From Nitrospirota bacterium (lineage in GTDB: Bacteria > Nitrospirota > JACRHJ01): a stretch of 64,000 bases of DNA. The DNA is taken from NCBI GenBank assembly GCA_963845245.1, contig CAWJRJ010000014.1, forward strand, positions 96,001-160,000, given 5' to 3'. Positions 58,912 through 64,000 of the stretch are shown one piece after another (positions within the stretch are counted from its first letter, which is position 1; each line of letters begins with the position of its first letter). Under the pieces are notes generated by a model. The model ran no database searches. It had not been told where the DNA came from and saw only the letters and a list, made by a program, of their open reading frames with translations. The position numbers and the translations under genes are program-made.

Positions 58912-61222
58912 ATGGACATATCAAAACAGAAAATACTGGAGTTTATGCGCTCCCGCACGTACCGGCCCCTTCTCTTCAAGGAGCTGATGAAGGAACTCGC
59001 CATCCCGAAGGGCGACAGGGAAGAGTTCAAGGTGGCCGTGCGTGAGCTGATACGCGACGGCGAGATGGTAAAGATACGCGGGGAGCGGTACGGCCTGCCG
59101 GAGAAGATGAACCTCGTCGTCGGCAAGCTGTCCGCGCACCCGGACGGATACGGCTTTGTCGTGTCCGAGAAGGAGGGCGAGCCGGACATATACATTGCGC
59201 CCCGGAACATGATGGGCGCGATGCATGGCGACAAGGTGGTGGCGCGGGTGGAGCACGAGCGCATCCCGGGCAAGCAGGAGGGCCGCATAATAAGGATACT
59301 CGACCGGGGCGTTACCAAGGTGGTCGGCAGATACGAGTCCGGGCGCGGCTTCGGCGTCATCATACCCACCAACCCCAGGCTGACGTACGAGTTCTACGTG
59401 CCGCCAAGGGCAAACGGGGGCGCAAAGAACGGAGACCTCGTCACCGCAACAATAGAGAACTACCCCGACGTCCACCGAAGCGCGACCGTGACGGTGGAGA
59501 AGATAATAGGCAAGGCGGGCGACCCCGGCCTCGACACCGACCTCATCATCGAGGAGTTCGGGCTGGCGACCGTGTTCTCGCCGGGCGCGCTTGAGGACGC
59601 CGACAAGCTGCCGCAGGAGGTCACCGAGCCAATGCGTCAGGGCCGCAAGGACCTGCGCGGGCTGAACACCGTCACGATTGACGGTGAGCGGGCGCGCGAC
59701 TTCGACGACGCGGTGAGCGTCGAGAGGGTTTCAGGCGGGCTGATCAAGCTGTACGTCTCGATTGCCGACGTGGCGCATTATGTGAAGCCCGGCACCGCGC
59801 TCGACATCGACGCGAGGGAGCGCGCGACCAGCGTATACTTCCCGGACAGGGTGCTGCCGATGCTGCCGGAGAAGGTAAGCAACGGGATATGCAGCCTGAG
59901 GCCGGACGAGGAGCGCCTCACCCTCACCGCCGAGATGGTGTTCAACGAGAAGGGCGAGCGCACGTCCTACGCGGTGTATGAGAGCGTGATAAAGAGCGTC
60001 CAGCGCATGACCTACACGGACATCTCCGCTATAATCGAGAAGGACGACCCGGCTACCAAGGAGAAGTACGCGGCGCTCGTGCCGGACTTCATGCTGATGC
60101 GCGAGCTGATGGAGCACTTAAACGTCATGCGCCGCGAGCGCGGCAGCATAGACTTCGACCTCCCCGAGCCGGAGATCATAGTGGACTTGACGGGCACGAC
60201 CACCGACATTATAAAGAGTGAGCGTAACCAGGCGCACAGGCTGATTGAGGAGTTCATGCTCGCGGCCAACGAGACGGTCGCGTTCCATCTGGAGTCGCAC
60301 GGCGTCCCGTTCCTCTACCGCGTCCACGACGAGCCGGACGAGGAGAAGATGATGGAGCTTGGCTCGCTGGTGAAGGGCATGGGCCTGCCGTGGCCGGGCG
60401 AGGGCAATATCAGGCCAAAGACGCTCGCGAAGCTCCTTGAGAAGCTCGTGGGCAGGCCGGAGGAGCGCTACTTGAACACTGTGATCCTTCGCTCTATGAA
60501 GCTCGCGAAGTACAGCCCGGAAAACGTCGGCCACTTCGGCCTTGCCGCGCGCTGCTACTGCCACTTCACGTCGCCCATACGCCGGTACCCCGACCTGACC
60601 GTCCACAGGGCGCTTAAGGAACTGATCAAAAAAGGCGAGCTTGCCGGCCGAGCGCAAGACCACGATCGCCGGGTCGCTCCCTGCCCTGGGCGAGCATACG
60701 TCGTTCATGGAACGCGAGGCCGAGAATGCCGAGCGGAAGGTGGTGGAGCTGAAGAAGCTCCAGTTCATGATAAACAAGGTGGGCGGCGAGTTCGCGGCCT
60801 TCATATCCGGCGTCACCGCCTTCGGTTTCTTTGTGGAGCTTGAGGAGTTCTTCGTGGAGGGGCTGGTCAGGCTCACCGCCCTGCATGACGACTACTATGA
60901 ATACGACGAGAAGCGCCATGCACTTGTGGGCAGCCACCTTGGCCGGATGTACCGGCTCGGCGACCGCGTGCAGGTGCGGCTTGAGCGCGTCGACCTTGAA
61001 CGCCGCCAGATGGATTTTTCGGTCATTACGCCGGACGACCAGAAAAAAGGACCAAGGCCGCCGGGCACCTCAAAACCGCCTGTCAAGCCGACCAAGCGCA
61101 AGGAGCCTGTCGAGGTATGGACACCAAAGAAATCCGGGAAAGGGAGAAAGTCCGATGGGAACAAAGGAAATAAAAAAGGAAAACGTGGGGGACGCGTACC
61201 AGGCCGAAACAAAGTACGTTAG
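58912..61222 (+). CDS. rnr: Ribonuclease R, frameshifted near 60645
   Basis: HTH and CSD domains, TIDGERARDFDDA, HFTSPIRRYPDL; S1 domain and Lys-rich tail in the second frame (60641-61222). Confidence 0.96.
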
Positions 61223-61901
61223 GGGCGAACTCCCGCACAGGGGCATCGACATCCTGAAAAGGCCCCCGCATTTCAAGGTTTACGACCATGCCGCGAACCG
61301 GGTGGACCTCCCCCAGCCGGAAAAGACGGGCGGGGAGGGTATATGGGAGGTATTCAACACCCGCCGCACCCGCCGTACTTACAAGCCGGAGCCGCTAACG
61401 CTGATGCAGCTTTCCCAGCTCTTGTGGGCCGGGAACGGCAAGACCAAGGAGGGCCGCGAGACCTTCCTGCGTTCCGCTCCGTCCGCCGGGGCGTTCTATC
61501 CCATTGAAATGTATGTGATGGCGAACAACGTCGAGGGGCTGGAGAAGGGCATCTACCACTTTGACGTGGAAAACGCCCGCCTGTCGTTCATAAGACCGGG
61601 CGATTTCGGTGAGGCAGCCGCGCACGCCGCTCTCGACCAGCCGATGCTTGCAAAGTCCGGCGCTGTCATTTTCATGACCGCGGTGGTGGAGCGCACCCGC
61701 TGGAAGTACGACCAGAGGGCGTACCGCTACATATATCTGGACGCCGGGCATATAGGCCAGAACCTCTGCCTCGCCGCGCAGGCCTTGGGGCTTGGGGCCT
61801 GCGAGATAGGCGCGTTCTATGACGACGAGCTAAACGTCTATATTAAAGGTGGACGGGGTGGAGGAAACGGTGGTTTACGCAATCACTGTAGGGCGCGTTA
61901 G
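61155..61901 (+). CDS. SagB/ThcOx-family nitroreductase-like dehydrogenase (start uncertain; C-terminus probably frameshifted)
   Basis: RRTRR.Y, LSQLLWA, RSAPSAGAFYP, KY..RAYRYIYLDAGH..QN, IGAFYD. Confidence 0.88.
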   Translation: MGTKEIKKENVGDAYQAETKYVRGELPHRGIDILKRPPHFKVYDHAANRVDLPQPEKTGGEGIWEVFNTRRTRRTYKPEPLTLMQLSQLLWAGNGKTKEGRETFLRSAPSAGAFYPIEMYVMANNVEGLEKGIYHFDVENARLSFIRPGDFGEAAAHAALDQPMLAKSGAVIFMTAVVERTRWKYDQRAYRYIYLDAGHIGQNLCLAAQALGLGACEIGAFYDDELNVYIKGGRGGGNGGLRNHCRAR

Positions 61902-61917
61902 CCCCGGTAAAATTTTC

Positions 61918-61946
61918 TTGACAACCATGCCATAATACTGTATAAA
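61918..61946 (+). promoter_or_regulatory. Sigma-70 promoter of rplU-rpmA
   Basis: TTGACA-17 bp-TATAAA. Confidence 0.7.
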
Positions 61947-62008
61947 GATACCCTTCCGGGCGGTATAGGCCGAACGGATGGGGTATATATTGTCCGGAGG
62001 TGATTATA

Positions 62009-62320
62009 ATGTACGCGATAATAAAGACCGGCGGGAAGCAGTACAAGGTTTCCCCGGGTGACAGGTTCAAAGTGGAGCTTCTGGAAGGCGAAAAGGGCGC
62101 AACCCTTGAATTTCCTGAGGTTTTGCTGATGGAAGTGGACGGCAACATCACGGTAGGCAGCCCGATTGTCTCAGGCGCGAAGGTAACCGCCGAGATAGTG
62201 ACCCAGGGCCGCGCCCGCAAGGTGCTGGTTTTCAAGCACAAAAGACGCAAGGACTACCGCAAGTGCAACGGCCACAGGCAGTACTTTACGGAACTGCTCG
62301 TCAAAGAGATATCCGCCTAA
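62009..62320 (+). CDS. rplU: 50S ribosomal protein L21
   Basis: MYAIIKTGGKQYKV..GHRQ.FT. Confidence 0.98.
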   Translation: MYAIIKTGGKQYKVSPGDRFKVELLEGEKGATLEFPEVLLMEVDGNITVGSPIVSGAKVTAEIVTQGRARKVLVFKHKRRKDYRKCNGHRQYFTELLVKEISA

Positions 62321-62347
62321 CAAGGCGTTTTAAGGAGGATTTTAGAA

Positions 62348-62611
62348 ATGGCACATAAAAAAGGCGTCGGCAGTTCCAGAAACGGCCGCGATTCAAACGC
62401 ACAAAGGCTTGGCGTAAAGCGCTACGAGGGCCAGTTCGTAACCGGCGGCAGCATACTCGTAAGGCAGAGGGGCACCAAGATCCACCCGGGCACGAACGTC
62501 GGCATCGGCAAGGACGACACCCTTTATGCGAAGGTCCCCGGCGTTGTAAAGTTCGAGCGCTACAACCGCGACCGCAAGAAGGTCAGCATATACATGGTAG
62601 CGGAAGGCTAG
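62348..62611 (+). CDS. rpmA: 50S ribosomal protein L27
   Basis: [21 protein letters not shown]. Confidence 0.99.
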   Translation: MAHKKGVGSSRNGRDSNAQRLGVKRYEGQFVTGGSILVRQRGTKIHPGTNVGIGKDDTLYAKVPGVVKFERYNRDRKKVSIYMVAEG

Positions 62612-62641
62612 TTGCTTTAATAATTTCTATGAATTCACGGG

Positions 62642-62668
62642 GCCCCGCCGGCTTGGCGGGGCTTTTTT
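62642..62668 (+). terminator. Rho-independent terminator after rpmA
   Basis: GCCCCGCCG-GCT-TGGCGGGGC-TTTTTT. Confidence 0.8.
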
Positions 62669-62707
62669 GTTTGATTTTTTAGGCACTTTGGGATATTTTA
62701 AATAGAT

Positions 62708-63824
62708 ATGTTTGTAGACTTAGCAAAAATATACGTAAAGGCGGGTGACGGCGGTCGCGGCTGCGTCAGCTTCAGGCGCGAGAAGTTCGTCCCAAAGGGC
62801 GGGCCGGACGGCGGAGACGGCGGCAGGGGCGGCAATGTCATTGCCAAGGCCAACGCGCAGCTCAATACCCTGCTCGACCACAAGTACCAGCAGCACTACT
62901 ACTGCAAGCACGCCGGAGACGGCTCCGGACAGCAGATGCACGGCGCGGACAGCGACGCCATTATAATTAATGTCCCCGTCGGGACGATGATAAGGGACTA
63001 CATAACCGGGGAAGTTATCGGCGACCTGACCGAGGACGGCCAGGAGATCGTAATCGCCAAGGGCGGCAGGGGCGGGAAGGGCAACACCTTCTTCAAGTCC
63101 TCCACCCATCAGGCCCCGAGGTTTGCGCAGCCGGGCGAGCCGGGCGATGAGAAGACGATACAGCTGGAGCTGAAGCTCCTTGCGGACGTCGGACTTGATA
63201 GGCCTGCCGAATGCGGGCAAGTCCACGCTCATCTCGGTGATATCCGCTGCCAGGCCGAAGATCGCCGACTACCCGTTCACGACGCTGGTGCCGAACCTGG
63301 GCGTGTGTAAGTACGGGTTCTACAAGAGCTTTGTAGCGGCAGACATTCCTGGGCTTATCGAGGGCGCGCACAAGGGCGCGGGGCTCGGCGCTCAGTTCCT
63401 GCGGCATGTGGAACGCACGAAGATGCTGTTGCACCTGGTTGACGTTTCCCCGCTGACAGAGGGCGAGCCGAAGGACAACTTCGCCACGATAAACGAGGAG
63501 CTTCGCAGGCACAACCCCGAGTTGATGGAGCGCTACATCGTCGCAGTCGCGACGAAGGTGGACGCGCTTGAGGACGAGGAAAGACTGAACGGTCTCCGCG
63601 AGTACTGCGATGAAAACAACTACCCGTTCTTCGCCATCTCGGCGGCGACGCACGAAGGTGTCGATACGCTGCTGGAATTTGTGTCGAAGAAGCTTGAGGA
63701 GCTGAAGGCGATAAAAGAAGAACAAGAACAGGAACAGAAGCAGAAGCTGAAAGCTAGAGCAAGAGAAAGAGCAAGAACAAGACAAGAGAAGAGCAAGAGC
63801 AGGATAACGTGGATAAACGGGTGA
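62708..63824 (+). CDS. obgE: GTPase ObgE/CgtA, frameshifted near 63195
   Basis: [28 protein letters not shown] | [31 protein letters not shown]. Confidence 0.97.
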
Positions 63825-64000
63825 CTGCATTATTCTCAAGTCATCAAAAAGATTCGAGGTCAGTAAGTAGCCTTTGAACAATGATGCCTGTCCAAAGCCA
63901 ACTTACTGAATACCTCTCACATTGATGCCTTTCGTAATCACACGTCCTCCTGCCAGCTAAGTGATAAATCATTTCACGGTTTTCTTTGCTGGCTTTCTTT

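Noticed and set aside
61950..61990. Hairpin in the rplU 5' leader as an autoregulatory RNA
   Set aside because: A stem is plausible, but I cannot match it to a known leader family without a covariance search.
60630..63200. Programmed frameshifting in rnr or obgE
   Set aside because: No precedent known to me and no clear slippery site with a stimulator; many unrelated genes show the same defect, so sequence error is more parsimonious.
63712..63805. Purine-rich short repeats (GAACAA/GAGCAAGA) at the obgE 3' end
   Set aside because: Low-complexity charged tail; no regular repeat-spacer structure, so not CRISPR.

Overview
Bacterial chromosomal window. The gene content (futalosine menaquinone pathway, sigma-54 promoters, multiheme cytochrome c, CcsA-hem operon) suggests an anaerobic Nitrospirota/Desulfobacterota-like organism; this taxonomy is inference. 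Layout: (1) nif3 - zinc ribbon - rnhA - membrane protein - rnpB; (2) a ~15 kb sulfur/selenium/metal-handling island (4.1-19.1 kb) around two divergent sigma-54 promoters, with two YeeE/YedE transporters, a cysteine desulfurase/Sec lyase, DUF3343, a heme-motif beta-propeller, an ABC system, two Cys-tipped outer-membrane barrels and an 8-10-heme cytochrome; (3) housekeeping genes phoH, ccsA-hemA-hemC-hemD-hemB, maf, a panE-like gene, a GGDEF/HD-GYP pair, panC, folK, mqnB, mqnD; (4) the most notable feature, a compact, apparently intact 10.4 kb cluster of Mu-like phage head genes (38726-49161) with its own sigma-like regulator and holin-like genes but no recognisable integrase, transposase, replication, repressor, tail tube, sheath or long tape-measure gene, i.e. 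a candidate domesticated gene-transfer-agent-like particle; (5) a heme-motif sensor kinase with a sigma-54 activator, miscellaneous genes, then rnr, rplU-rpmA-obgE. More than ten genes, including the normally essential obgE, are split by apparent small indels, most likely sequencing/assembly errors. All family assignments come from motif recognition by eye, not from database searches. No CRISPR array, tRNA or rRNA was seen.
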